From an uncultured Gammaproteobacteria bacterium (lineage in GTDB: Bacteria > Pseudomonadota > Gammaproteobacteria > UBA6002), in contig CAVPKM010000016.1 in assembly GCA_963705725.1 (NCBI GenBank), positions 73,703 to 137,702 of the forward strand: 64,000 bases of DNA, written 5' to 3'. The position numbers and the translations under genes were made by a program. This document shows positions 12,692 to 22,734 of this stretch, in pieces (position 1 is the first letter of the stretch; the number at the start of each line of letters is the position of its first letter). The notes below the pieces were generated by a model. That model was not told the DNA's origin, did no database searches, and saw nothing but the letters and a program-made list of their open reading frames with translations.

Positions 12692-12863
12692 TAGCTATTC
12701 AGCACAGGGTTGAAACGTCCATATTTTTGCCATCTTCGAACAAAAAATTTAATTAAAACTGCTCACATACTTTTGTATGCTCCGCTTTTTAATTAAATTT
12801 TTTGTCCGAATCTGGCTAAAATCTGAACGTTTAGCAACTTCTAGCATTTGTGCTGAATAGTTG
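12692..12863. mobile_element. Family A miniature palindromic element (MITE/RPE-like), full-length copy, ~172 bp
   Basis: Terminal IR TAGCTATTCAGCACA/TGTGCTGAATAGTTG; ~45-bp imperfect internal arms; central hairpin GCTCACATACTTTTGTATGCTCCGC; related copies elsewhere in the window. Confidence 0.85.
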
Positions 12864-12916
12864 CTATTTTTAGGTAACAATTTGTCTGGATCGGTTAATT
12901 TTTCAAGGAAGGTCAA

Positions 12917-13348
12917 ATGGAAAAGTATCAGAAAATTTTGTTGGCGTTAGAACTGAATCAAACCTGTGATAATCTCCCTAGTCAGCGAGCGATGCAATTA
13001 GTGGCTGACTTTAATGCAGAGCTTTATCTTTTGCATGTTATTGAGCATCTCAGCAGTTACGGCGCGGCTTATGGCGTTGCGGCAGGCGCGGATATTGAAG
13101 AAACATTGATGCAAAATGCCCGAGAAGAAATATACAAGGTTGCAAAAAAGCTTAATGTTTCAGAAAGTAACCAGTTGATTAAAGTTGGACCTGCTAAATC
13201 TGTTATCTTAGAAGAAGCAGAAGACCTTGGGATTGATTTGATCATAGTTGGCAGTCACGGTAGGCATGGCATCCGTTTGTTGCTTGGCTCTACTGCAAAT
13301 GCCGTTTTACATGGCGCAAAATGTGATGTGTTAGCTGTTAGGGTATAG
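12917..13348 (+). CDS. uspA: Universal stress protein
   Basis: DLIIVGSHGRHG..LLGSTANAVLHGAKCDVLAV. Confidence 0.95.
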   Translation: MEKYQKILLALELNQTCDNLPSQRAMQLVADFNAELYLLHVIEHLSSYGAAYGVAAGADIEETLMQNAREEIYKVAKKLNVSESNQLIKVGPAKSVILEEAEDLGIDLIIVGSHGRHGIRLLLGSTANAVLHGAKCDVLAVRV

Positions 13349-13374
13349 TTCTGGGGTTCGCATCACGCAAGATG

Positions 13375-15438
13375 TTAATGCAATAAAGAAATGTCAGCGA
13401 TCTGCAAAAATAAATTTTGAAGAAGATGCAGTAAAACTAAACGATTATTTCGTTGCTTTTCATCATCTGTCAAAACCATGACTTGATCGAAAAATTTATC
13501 AATAGGGGCTTTTAAGGTTGAAAGTAAGATTAATGCTTCTTGGTATTGATGTTTTATACAAAATTCTGTAATTTTTATTGTTTGCTGTTCAATCAGGGTG
13601 GCTAACTCTTTTTCTGCTTCATGTTCAAAAAGCTCAGGATTCAGCCCTCGGCCTGAAAGAAAATTAGCCTGTCTTAAAATATTACTCACCCGCTTATTCG
13701 CTGCAGACAGCGCTTTTGCCTCGGGTAAGGTTTGAAAGAAATTTACCGCTTGAATTCGTTGATTAAAGTCTAATGGAGAGGTGGGGTATCTTGAAAAAAC
13801 ACTGTTAAAAATTGTCGTATCCATTCCTTTTTCCACATACCCTGCACGTAATCGTTCCATCATAAAGCTTAGTGTCTCTGTTACTGTTGCCGGATTTTCA
13901 AGTGGTGGATAATTGTTAACCGCTAATTCAATCAGCTCGCCTAAATCAAAAGAAAGATTTCGTTCAATTAAAATGCGATTGATAGCTAGTGCTGCGCGGC
14001 GAAGACCAAAAGGATCTTTTTCCCCTGTTGGGGCTTGATTGATACCAAAAATACCCACTAAGGTATCTAGCTTATCTGCGATAGCAATGAGGCTCGCCAG
14101 TTTTTCTGTCGGAATCCTATCACCAGAAAAGCGCGGTAAGTAATGCTCTTTTATCGCCGTTGCTACATCGTGAGAAATATTATCTTCAAGTGCATAGTAG
14201 TAACCCATAATGCCTTGTAACTCAGGAAATTCTCCCACCATTTCACTGGTCAGATCCGCTTTACAAAGCAATCCTGCACGATGTGCTTTTTGAGGATCGA
14301 TCTCTATTTTTTCTGCTAGGGTCACAGCCAGTTTGGCAATCCTTAACGACTTATCATAAACAGTACCTAGTTTATGTTGAAAAATTACTGTTTTTAATTG
14401 AGTTAACTGCTTTTCAATTCCTTGCTTCAAATCCGTTTGATAGAAAAATTCTGCATCGGCAAGTCGGGCTCTCATTACACGTTCATTACCGACAATCACT
14501 GTTTGAGGATCTTTGCTGTTAATATTGGCGATGGTAATGAAATAAGGTAATAAATTTCCTTCTTCATCGATAAGTGGAAAACATTTTTGATGAGTTTTCA
14601 TTGATGAGATAAGCGCTTCCTGTGGAACAGCGAGGAAACGTTTATCAAAACTTCCCATCAAAGCATTTGGCCATTCGACAATGCTGGTCACTTCCTCTAG
14701 AAGAGAATCATCGACTAAAGCGCTTCCCTTCGATAAGGTCAATTTTTGAATTTGGTCCAGAATACAGGTTTTTCTTTTTTGATAATCTGCAATCACAAAA
14801 TTTTTTTCTAACGTTGCGGCATAATCCGAAGAACACTGAATCGTGATAGTTGAGGGTGAATGAAATCGATGTCCAAAACTCTGATTATCCGCGTCTAGAT
14901 CAAAATATCTGAATGGGATAACTTCTGCTCCATACATAACGACTAACGAATGTACTGGCCGTAAAAAAGCGGTGGAGTGATTGCCCCATAGCATAGGTTT
15001 GGGAATGGGTAGTTGGTTCAGCGCTTTTCGAATAACGGTTGGCGCGACCTCAAAGATAGACTTACCAGAAACTTGAGTTTGATAGTAGAGACATTTTCCC
15101 TTTGGAGTTTCAACGGTTTTGAGGGAGTCAGGAGTAATGCCGCAAGATTTAGCAAAACCAATTGCTGCAGAAGTTGGTTTTCCTTCTTGATCATAAGCCA
15201 AATCGACATTTGGACCAATTTTTTCTGTCAGACGTTCCATTTGCTTTTTTGCTGCTTTTTTAACGAGTACCGCAATACGTCTTGGAGTGGCGAAAAATTG
15301 TATTTCTTCAAATGGAAGATTGGCGGCGTTAAACCCCGATTCGATTCCATTTGCAAAAAAAGTGGCCAGATTAACCAGGGATTTAGGTGGTAGCTCTTCC
15401 GTTCCAATTTCAACTAAAAAATCTTGGCTATGAGTCAT
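13375..15438 (-). CDS. glyS: Glycyl-tRNA synthetase beta subunit
   Basis: LVEIGTEELPPK, EFPELQG, DPFGLRRAA. Confidence 0.98.
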   Translation of the reverse strand: MTHSQDFLVEIGTEELPPKSLVNLATFFANGIESGFNAANLPFEEIQFFATPRRIAVLVKKAAKKQMERLTEKIGPNVDLAYDQEGKPTSAAIGFAKSCGITPDSLKTVETPKGKCLYYQTQVSGKSIFEVAPTVIRKALNQLPIPKPMLWGNHSTAFLRPVHSLVVMYGAEVIPFRYFDLDADNQSFGHRFHSPSTITIQCSSDYAATLEKNFVIADYQKRKTCILDQIQKLTLSKGSALVDDSLLEEVTSIVEWPNALMGSFDKRFLAVPQEALISSMKTHQKCFPLIDEEGNLLPYFITIANINSKDPQTVIVGNERVMRARLADAEFFYQTDLKQGIEKQLTQLKTVIFQHKLGTVYDKSLRIAKLAVTLAEKIEIDPQKAHRAGLLCKADLTSEMVGEFPELQGIMGYYYALEDNISHDVATAIKEHYLPRFSGDRIPTEKLASLIAIADKLDTLVGIFGINQAPTGEKDPFGLRRAALAINRILIERNLSFDLGELIELAVNNYPPLENPATVTETLSFMMERLRAGYVEKGMDTTIFNSVFSRYPTSPLDFNQRIQAVNFFQTLPEAKALSAANKRVSNILRQANFLSGRGLNPELFEHEAEKELATLIEQQTIKITEFCIKHQYQEALILLSTLKAPIDKFFDQVMVLTDDEKQRNNRLVLLHLLQNLFLQIADISLLH

Positions 15439-15459
15439 TTGAAATCCTCTAAAAATCGC

Positions 15460-16419
15460 TTACTCAGCGGAAGCTATTGAATAAGATGTGGTTTGTTCTT
15501 GTGACCCGACATGATGAGGAGGCTTTTTATTTTTTAAAAGTAAGGGGAAATTTAATTTCTCTCTTACTGCATAATAAGATTTAGCGACGGCGAATGCGAG
15601 TTTTCGTACTCTTAAGATATATCGTTGACGTTCGGTCACTGAAATTGCATGTCTTGCATCGAGCAAGTTAAAAGCATGTGAAGCTTTTAGCACCATTTCA
15701 TAGGCTGGTAAGGGGAGGTTAGCTTCTATCAGTTTTTGACATTCTGATTCATAATAGTCAAATTCTTTTAATAAATGATCAACATTGGCGTATTGAAAAT
15801 TATACGTAGACATTTCTACTTCATTTTGATGAAACACATCGCCGTAAGTCACTGTACCATTGGGTGTTTCAGCCCAAACCAAATCAAAAATACTCTCAAC
15901 TCCTTGAAGATACATGGCAATACGTTCTAAGCCGTAAGTAATTTCCCCAGTAATCGGATGACAGGCTACCCCCCCTACTTGTTGAAAATAAGTAAATTGT
16001 GTGATTTCCATGCCATTTTGCCAAATTTCCCAGCCTAATCCCCACGCTCCAAGAGTAGGCGATTCCCAGTTATCTTCAACAAAGCGAATATCGTGAAGTA
16101 AGGGGTCGATACCTAAATATCGTAAGGAACCTAAATAAAGTTCTTGAATATTATCTGGTGAAGGTTTTAGAAGAACTTGAAATTGATAGTAATGTTGAGT
16201 TCGGTTAGGGCTTTCTCCATAACGACCATCTTTCGGCCTTCGAGAAGGTTGCACATAAGCAGCATTCCAAGGTTCTGGACCAATTGCCCTTAAAAATGTC
16301 GCGGTATGAAAGGTACCTGCACCCACTTCTAAATCATAAGGTTGTAGCAAAATGCAGCCTTGTTCTACCCAATAGTGTTGGAGGGCTAATATCATGCCTT
16401 GAAAGGTCTTAACATTCAT
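15460..16419 (-). CDS. glyQ: Glycyl-tRNA synthetase alpha subunit
   Basis: [28 protein letters not shown]. Confidence 0.99.
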   Translation of the reverse strand: MNVKTFQGMILALQHYWVEQGCILLQPYDLEVGAGTFHTATFLRAIGPEPWNAAYVQPSRRPKDGRYGESPNRTQHYYQFQVLLKPSPDNIQELYLGSLRYLGIDPLLHDIRFVEDNWESPTLGAWGLGWEIWQNGMEITQFTYFQQVGGVACHPITGEITYGLERIAMYLQGVESIFDLVWAETPNGTVTYGDVFHQNEVEMSTYNFQYANVDHLLKEFDYYESECQKLIEANLPLPAYEMVLKASHAFNLLDARHAISVTERQRYILRVRKLAFAVAKSYYAVREKLNFPLLLKNKKPPHHVGSQEQTTSYSIASAE

Positions 16420-16472
16420 TTCGTTCAAATTGACTTATACCTCTATATTTGAGGAGTGACGAAAATTCTGCG

Positions 16473-16497
16473 AAGGGGAAAGGTTTTCTTTCCCCTT
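16473..16497 (-). terminator. Hairpin after the DsbA-like gene (terminator or mRNA-stabilising stem)
   Basis: Perfect 10-bp stem AAGGGGAAAG/CTTTCCCCTT, 5 bp past the stop codon; weak U-tail. Confidence 0.55.
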
Positions 16498-16502
16498 GAG
16501 GT

Positions 16503-17309
16503 TTATTTTCTGACTTGTTTAATTGCTTGCTTCACACTATCCGTTGTCACTACGCCTGGTAAGTATTCTACATGTGTTCCAATGCGATTCCCGATAAAAA
16601 AGGCAGGGGTACCAAGCAGGCCGAGATCTTGTGCTAATTTGAAATTATCGTTTAATTGATTTTCAATCTCTTTATTCTTCATGTCAGTTTGCAATTGCTG
16701 AACATTCAGACCTACTTTTTTTGCCGTTTCATTCACTTTTTCATCAGTTAAAGGAAGTGGCATTTCAAGTAATGCTCGGTGAAAAGCCAGAAATTTGTCT
16801 TGTCCTTGTTTGATTGCTGCAATAGATGCTTGCGCTGCATATTTTGAAGAGCCGCCGAATATAGGCAGTTGTTTTACCACAATACGAACTTTATTGTCTG
16901 ATTTAATCAGAGAGTCGATCACCATAGACATCTCACGACAATGGGTGCACTGATAATCTAAAAATTCTACAACTGAGACATCTCCTTCCTTGTTACCCAC
17001 TGTTGGGCTACTTAGAGAATTAAATAAAGGCTTTGCATTTTTTAAGACCGCTTGTTGGGTCTTAGTTTTTGCTTTTGCAAATTCTTGATCTTGATAAGCT
17101 TGAGAAGCCTCTACTAATACTTGGGGATTTTTAACCAGATAGTCATGAACGATATTTTGTATTCCTTTAACTTGTGCATCATTAAAATTAGCTTGGTTAT
17201 TAACCAAACTTTTAGGCAAAGGAGTGGGGGGAGTAGTTGTCGCTGCCATTAAGTTTTGGCTAGTAAGTAGAGCAAGGGCAAGTAGCCCAGTAGAAAATAT
17301 TGACCTCAT
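16503..17309 (-). CDS. DsbA-family periplasmic thiol oxidoreductase (Com1/DsbA2-like)
   Basis: Signal peptide, YLVKNPQVL helical N-domain, EFLDYQCTHC, GTPAF cis-Pro loop. Confidence 0.9.
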   Translation of the reverse strand: MRSIFSTGLLALALLTSQNLMAATTTPPTPLPKSLVNNQANFNDAQVKGIQNIVHDYLVKNPQVLVEASQAYQDQEFAKAKTKTQQAVLKNAKPLFNSLSSPTVGNKEGDVSVVEFLDYQCTHCREMSMVIDSLIKSDNKVRIVVKQLPIFGGSSKYAAQASIAAIKQGQDKFLAFHRALLEMPLPLTDEKVNETAKKVGLNVQQLQTDMKNKEIENQLNDNFKLAQDLGLLGTPAFFIGNRIGTHVEYLPGVVTTDSVKQAIKQVRK

Positions 17310-17341
17310 TTTATCCTATCCTCACAGTTATAAACAATTAA

Positions 17342-17369
17342 ACAGTAGCATGGTTAGGGGGTATGTCAA
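17342..17369 (-). promoter_or_regulatory. Putative sigma70 promoter of the DsbA-like gene
   Basis: Minus strand TTGACA-N16-TACTGT with an extended-10 TG. Confidence 0.5.
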
Positions 17370-17402
17370 ATCCATTCAAGAAGGGCATGGTGACGAAAAT
17401 TG

Positions 17403-18251
17403 TCAGTTATCAAGTATTGCTTTGATTTTGTTCATTGCATTTTTTTCTAATTGCCGAATTCTTTCGGCAGTCACATTGTATTCGCTTGCAAGCTCGTGAA
17501 GTGTTGCTTTTTGGTCAATAAGCCAGCGCCTTTTTATTATTTCTTGACTTCGTTGATCTAGGCTTTTCATGGCGTGATATAATTTACTTTCTTGATCTGT
17601 TGACCAATCTTCTGCTTCTAATCTTTTGGCAGGATCATAGCGCTGATCTTCAAGATAATGAACGGGTGAGAATCCTTGTTCGTTCTCGTTTAATAAAGGA
17701 TCATATGTTTCATCGGGTAATTGCAGTCTGGCTTCCATTTTGCGAACTTCATTTTCGCTTACATCTAAGTTTTTTGCTAAATCTGTCACTTCTTTAGCCG
17801 TAAACCAATTTAAGTGCTTGGTTGCCTTCCGTAGATTAAAAAATAGTTTACGCTGCGCTTTTGTCGTCGCAATTTTTACTATTTTCCAATTTTTTAGGAT
17901 GAACTCATGAATTTCAGCCTTAATCCAATGAACTGCAAAAGAAACTAATCGGACGCCAACTTGAGGATTAAATCGCTTAACAGCCTTCATTAATCCAATA
18001 GTGCCTTCTTGAATAAGGTCGGATTGCGAGAGGCCATAACCTGCATACCCCTTCGCAACGCGAACGACAAAACGAAGATGGGCTAATACTAAGCGCCTAG
18101 CGGCTTCTAGATCACCTCTAAAATACAAGTCATCGGCTAATTGTTTTTCTTCTTCTTCAGTTAATAAAGGAATTTTATTTACCCAATGAATATAAGCATC
18201 TAAACTGCCAATCGGTGCAGCAAATTGCAATTTTTGTAAACTTTTCTCCAT
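17403..18251 (-). CDS. rpoH: RNA polymerase sigma-32 factor
   Basis: DLIQEGTIGLMKAV, RpoH box QRKLFFNLR, ERIRQLE. Confidence 0.98.
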   Translation of the reverse strand: MEKSLQKLQFAAPIGSLDAYIHWVNKIPLLTEEEEKQLADDLYFRGDLEAARRLVLAHLRFVVRVAKGYAGYGLSQSDLIQEGTIGLMKAVKRFNPQVGVRLVSFAVHWIKAEIHEFILKNWKIVKIATTKAQRKLFFNLRKATKHLNWFTAKEVTDLAKNLDVSENEVRKMEARLQLPDETYDPLLNENEQGFSPVHYLEDQRYDPAKRLEAEDWSTDQESKLYHAMKSLDQRSQEIIKRRWLIDQKATLHELASEYNVTAERIRQLEKNAMNKIKAILDN

Positions 18252-18362
18252 ACAAACCTCAAGCGAATATGTTCACGCAGGTCAATTTAGACCGTCGATA
18301 AAATTCCCCAATTGTACCATAATGATGAAAAATGTGTAAACCCCTCAAGGGGTTGCCCCGAT

Positions 18363-19340
18363 TCAGGGCTCCTTAGGTGCAGGCGTTGCAAATAATGCAT
18401 TGACAAACGCTTCTTTATCAAAGGGAAGCAGATCATCAATTTGTTCCCCAACACCAATAAAGTAGATGGGGATTTTCATCTTGTCGGCAATGGCAAAAAC
18501 AATTCCACCTTTAGCTGTTCCGTCCAATTTAGTAATGATGATACCGGTTATTCCCATTGCTTGATGGAATATTTCTGCCTGTTTTAAAGCATTTTGTCCA
18601 GTTGTGGCATCGAGTACGAGTAGGACTTCATGCGGAGCTTCACTATCAATTTTTTGTAATACGCGTTTTATTTTTTTTAACTCTTCCATTAAATGCGTTT
18701 GCGTATGCAGGCGACCTGCAGTATCTGCAATAAGCAAATCAAAATCACGAGATTTTGCAGCGGTGTATGCATCGAAAATAACAGAGGCACTGTCTGCTCC
18801 TATATGCTGAGCAATAACAGGGATATGATTTCTTTCTCCCCATACTTGCAACTGATCAATTGCTGCGGCACGAAAAGTATCCCCAGCCGCTAACATGACC
18901 TTCATTTTTTTTTCTTGAAAAAATTTTGCCAATTTTCCAATACTTGTGGTTTTACCTGTGCCGTTCACCCCGATGACTAAAATCGCAGACGGCCGATGGA
19001 AATTTTCAAGTAATGTTTGATCAAGGGAAGGATTTAGGATGGAAAGTAATTGCTGCTTAAGTGCTTCATATAAGGCTTCAGAATCATTTAATTCTTTGCG
19101 AGAAACTTGTTTAGTGAGGTTGTTAATGATCTTTTGAGTCACCTCAACGCCAACATCAGCAAGAATAAGCTGGGTTTCTATTTCTTCCATTAAGCTTTGA
19201 TCAATGACTTTTTTTCCAAGAAATAAATTGCCGAGACCGCTGGATAAATGATCACGGGTTTTTTTTAATCCGCGTGTAAATGAAGAAAAAAAACCACCTT
19301 TTTTTTCCTCATTTTTTTTTGATTTCAATAAATTTAACAT
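18363..19340 (-). CDS. ftsY: SRP receptor FtsY (short form without an acidic A domain)
   Basis: GVNGTGKTT, DTFRAAA, DTAGR, TKLDGTAKGG. Confidence 0.98.
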   Translation of the reverse strand: MLNLLKSKKNEEKKGGFFSSFTRGLKKTRDHLSSGLGNLFLGKKVIDQSLMEEIETQLILADVGVEVTQKIINNLTKQVSRKELNDSEALYEALKQQLLSILNPSLDQTLLENFHRPSAILVIGVNGTGKTTSIGKLAKFFQEKKMKVMLAAGDTFRAAAIDQLQVWGERNHIPVIAQHIGADSASVIFDAYTAAKSRDFDLLIADTAGRLHTQTHLMEELKKIKRVLQKIDSEAPHEVLLVLDATTGQNALKQAEIFHQAMGITGIIITKLDGTAKGGIVFAIADKMKIPIYFIGVGEQIDDLLPFDKEAFVNALFATPAPKEP

Positions 19341-19403
19341 TTAAAAGACCTTTTATTCTGCTTTGGAAACAGCGACAAATCAGCTATCCTATATTGCTCG
19401 TAA

Positions 19404-19425
19404 AACTATTCAGCGCAAATGCTAG
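19404..19425. repeat. Family A terminal fragment
   Basis: AACTATTCAGCGCAAATGCTAG, one mismatch to 3041-3062. Confidence 0.72.
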
Positions 19426-19446
19426 CTATCTAAAGGTATAAACAAG

Positions 19447-20829
19447 ATGCGTATTTATATATTACTATGTACTTTTATTTTCGGCTTTATCTGTCACGTC
19501 ACTTATGCTGAGTCAAAAATCAATGAATATCAACTTCCAAATGGATTAAAAGTTTTAATCAAGGAAGATCATCGGTTACCTGTTGTGGTAACAGAGGTTT
19601 GGTATAGAGTCGGCTCGAGTTATGAACCGAATGGAATTACCGGTATTTCTCATGTTCTCGAGCATATGATGTTTAAAGGCACTAAGGCGTATGGCCCGGG
19701 TGTTTTTTCAAAAATTGTGGCTGAAAATGGTGGAGAAGAGAATGCTTTTACTGCCGATGATTACACTGCATATTACCAGAGGGTGGAGGCCAAGAAATTA
19801 CCCATCAGCTTAGAGTTAGAAGCAGATCGCATGCGTAATTTACTTTTAAGCCAAAATGAATTTGTTAAAGAAATTGAAGTGGTCAAAGAGGAAAGAAGAC
19901 TTCGTACTGATGATAATCCACAAAGTTTGACCTATGAACGCTTTGGAGCAGCTGCCAATGTGGGTAGTCCCTATCATCATCCGGTAATCGGATGGATGTG
20001 GGATTTGAATCACCTGAAGGTTGAAGACGTTCAAAAATGGTATCGTACCTGGTATGCGCCAAGCAACGCGGTTTTAGTCATTGTTGGCGACGTGAATCCT
20101 AAAGAAACAATTAAACTTGTTCGTCGCTATTTTGACCCATTACAAACCCCAGCCTTACCAGTTAGCAAGACACCTAGTGAATTTAAAGATTTCGGCGAGC
20201 GTCGCCTCGTTGTTCAAACGCCAGCAAAATTACCTTTACTAATAATGGGTTACAATACTCCTTCGTTTAAAACTGCAGAGAATAAGGAAGAGGCGTATGC
20301 GTTAGTGGTTCTGTCTTCCCTTTTAGATGGGGGGGATAGTGCGAGATTACCGACTCGAATTGTAAGGGGAAAGCAACTCGCAAGTGATGTTGATGTGGGT
20401 TACGATATTTTTAGTCGCCTGGATAATATCTTTACAATTACTGCTATTCCTTCTTCGGGACGAACCCCGCAAGAAGTAGAGCAAGCCATCACAGCTGAAA
20501 TTAACGATTTAAAAAATAAACCAGTAGATAGTAAAGAATTGGCTCGTGTTAAAGCACAAATTATCGCTAATAAAATTTACGAAAAAGATTCAATCATGAA
20601 TCAAGCAAATGAGATTGGCGCTTTGGAAGCCGTGAATCTTTCTTGGAAAGATGCGGATACTTACTTAGAGCAAATTAAAAAAGTTACGCCAGCTCAAATT
20701 CAAGCTGTGGCGAAAAAATATTTTTCACCGAATAAATTGACCGTTGCAATTTTAAAGCCACTTCCGATTGATGCAAAAACGCAAGATAAGCCGGTGTTAA
20801 CGACCGGAGGAGAGCAAAATGTTCGCTAA
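19447..20829 (+). CDS. M16B zinc peptidase, catalytic subunit
   Basis: Signal peptide; inverted zinc motif HVLEHMMFKG; NAFT; EERR. Confidence 0.93.
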   Translation: MRIYILLCTFIFGFICHVTYAESKINEYQLPNGLKVLIKEDHRLPVVVTEVWYRVGSSYEPNGITGISHVLEHMMFKGTKAYGPGVFSKIVAENGGEENAFTADDYTAYYQRVEAKKLPISLELEADRMRNLLLSQNEFVKEIEVVKEERRLRTDDNPQSLTYERFGAAANVGSPYHHPVIGWMWDLNHLKVEDVQKWYRTWYAPSNAVLVIVGDVNPKETIKLVRRYFDPLQTPALPVSKTPSEFKDFGERRLVVQTPAKLPLLIMGYNTPSFKTAENKEEAYALVVLSSLLDGGDSARLPTRIVRGKQLASDVDVGYDIFSRLDNIFTITAIPSSGRTPQEVEQAITAEINDLKNKPVDSKELARVKAQIIANKIYEKDSIMNQANEIGALEAVNLSWKDADTYLEQIKKVTPAQIQAVAKKYFSPNKLTVAILKPLPIDAKTQDKPVLTTGGEQNVR

Positions 20830-22168
20830 TTTTATACGACTCATTTGCTTATTATCCGTGATTTTTGAGTGTGCAAGCAGCTTTGCTACTGAAAAGTCTA
20901 TCCTCCCTATCAAAACCTGGAAAACAAAGGTTGGCACACCTGTTTTTTATGTTTATGAACCTGAGTTGCCGATGATCGATATCCAGGTCGCATTTGATGC
21001 CGGGTCAGCGCGTGATGGAAATCAAGCAGGCATTGCTAAATTAACGAATGAATCACTGTCAGTAGGCACGACAACTCAATCCGTGGATGCAATTGCAGCG
21101 GCTTTTGAAAATGTTGGAGCAATCTATTCTAATGCGATAAATCGTGACATGGCAGTAGTGGCACTTCGGTCTCTGTCAGACCCTCATGCTTTTCAACCTG
21201 CCTTAGCTACCTTTACTGAAGTGCTTACCAAGGCTAATTTTCCATCTCACGAGTTTTCACGTGTTCAGAAACAGTTACTCCGGACATTGGAAGAGCAAGA
21301 AGAGTTACCTGCTTCCATTGCTTTAAAAAGTTTCTACCATGCACTTTATGATAATCTACCCTACGGTCATCCTATTTCGGGGTATCTTAATACCGTTAAT
21401 CTGTTAGCTGCGAAAGATTCACTCAAGTTTTATCAACAATTTTATACGGCTCAAAATTGTTTGATTGCTATTGTTGGAGACATTGATGAATCTAATGCTC
21501 ATCTTATTGCCGAAAATTTATCAAAAAACATGCAACAAGGTAAAAAAATACCAATGTTTGCTACAAAAAAAATGAATTCGGGAGCGATCAAAAAGCATAT
21601 CTCATTTCCGTCAAGTCAAACCAATGTTTTAATGGGCCAAATAGGAATAACACGATCAGATCCAGATTATTATACGGTTGTGGTGGGCAATTATATCCTA
21701 GGAGGAGGGTCGCTTACTTCTCGCTTGTTTGATGAGGTAAGAGAAAAGAGAGGGCTTGCTTATACGGTGAGAAGCCAATTTAATGCATTAAAAGAACGCG
21801 GACCTTTTCTTATCGAATTGCAAACTCGTAATAGCGAAGCAAAAAACGCTATTAATGTTGTCAGCCATACTTTGAATAATTTCATTAGCAATGGCCCGAC
21901 CAATCAGGAGCTTGCTGGTGCAAAAGAGAATCTTGCCCATGGCTTTGTCTTGAAATTAGCAAGTAATTCAGCAATCATCTCTCAACTGCTTAATATTGGC
22001 TTTTATCATTTATCACTGGATTATCTGGATACTTATGCTGACAATATTAATAAGGTGACGGATCAATCCATCAAGCAAGTTTTTAACAGGATCATCCATC
22101 CCAATAACCTGGTAACAATTACTGTTGGTAAGGAAATGAATGAGCAAGAAGCAGGTACGAAGACCTAA
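20819..22168 (+). CDS. M16B peptidase, non-catalytic partner subunit
   Basis: M16 fold without HxxEH; carries the SRLFDEVREKRGLAY R/Y motif. Confidence 0.9.
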   Translation: MFANFIRLICLLSVIFECASSFATEKSILPIKTWKTKVGTPVFYVYEPELPMIDIQVAFDAGSARDGNQAGIAKLTNESLSVGTTTQSVDAIAAAFENVGAIYSNAINRDMAVVALRSLSDPHAFQPALATFTEVLTKANFPSHEFSRVQKQLLRTLEEQEELPASIALKSFYHALYDNLPYGHPISGYLNTVNLLAAKDSLKFYQQFYTAQNCLIAIVGDIDESNAHLIAENLSKNMQQGKKIPMFATKKMNSGAIKKHISFPSSQTNVLMGQIGITRSDPDYYTVVVGNYILGGGSLTSRLFDEVREKRGLAYTVRSQFNALKERGPFLIELQTRNSEAKNAINVVSHTLNNFISNGPTNQELAGAKENLAHGFVLKLASNSAIISQLLNIGFYHLSLDYLDTYADNINKVTDQSIKQVFNRIIHPNNLVTITVGKEMNEQEAGTKT

Positions 22169-22715
22169 ATTAGGTCAAGTCCGCATCATTGGCGGGGAGC
22201 TTCGCAGTCGCATTATTCATTTTCCTATTATTCCAGGACTGCGCCCCACACCGAATCGAATTCGGGAAACGTTGTTTAATTGGCTTACACCCATCATACC
22301 TGGTGCTTGTTGTTTGGATATGTTTGCAGGCAGTGGTGCATTAAGTTTTGAAGCCAAATCAAGAGGGGCTGGTTACTCCTTGCTGTTTGATGCTTCTGCA
22401 GAAATTATTCAGGCGTTAAAAAAAAATATTCAAAAATTAAACATAAAAGAAATAGAAGTCTTTCATGCTACATTTCCCTATCATCTTTCTTCATCAACTA
22501 AGCAATACGATGTTATTTTTATTGATCCTCCTTTTCATCAAAACTACGTGCAATTAGCACTTGATTGGCTTGATCAACAAAATATTCTGAAAGATCATGC
22601 GCTTATTTATATAGAGTCAGAGGCTGACGCGGAGGTTTTCAATTTACCCAGTCAATGGCGACTAATAAAAGATAAAAAGGCGGGGCTTGTGCGTTACAGC
22701 CTTGTTCAAACATAG
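22140..22715 (+). CDS. rsmD: 16S rRNA m2G966 methyltransferase
   Basis: RIIGG, LRPT..RETLFNWL, DMFAGSG, DPPF. Confidence 0.96.
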   Translation: MSKKQVRRPKLGQVRIIGGELRSRIIHFPIIPGLRPTPNRIRETLFNWLTPIIPGACCLDMFAGSGALSFEAKSRGAGYSLLFDASAEIIQALKKNIQKLNIKEIEVFHATFPYHLSSSTKQYDVIFIDPPFHQNYVQLALDWLDQQNILKDHALIYIESEADAEVFNLPSQWRLIKDKKAGLVRYSLVQT

Positions 22716-22734
22716 CTTAAAGCCTAACATTCAT

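Noticed and set aside
12692-12863. Family A elements as integron attC sites (TAAC...GTTA ends, imperfect palindrome)
   Set aside because: Ends do not fit RYYYAAC/GTTRRRY, there is no integrase or cassette array, and copies sit inside core operons in both orientations
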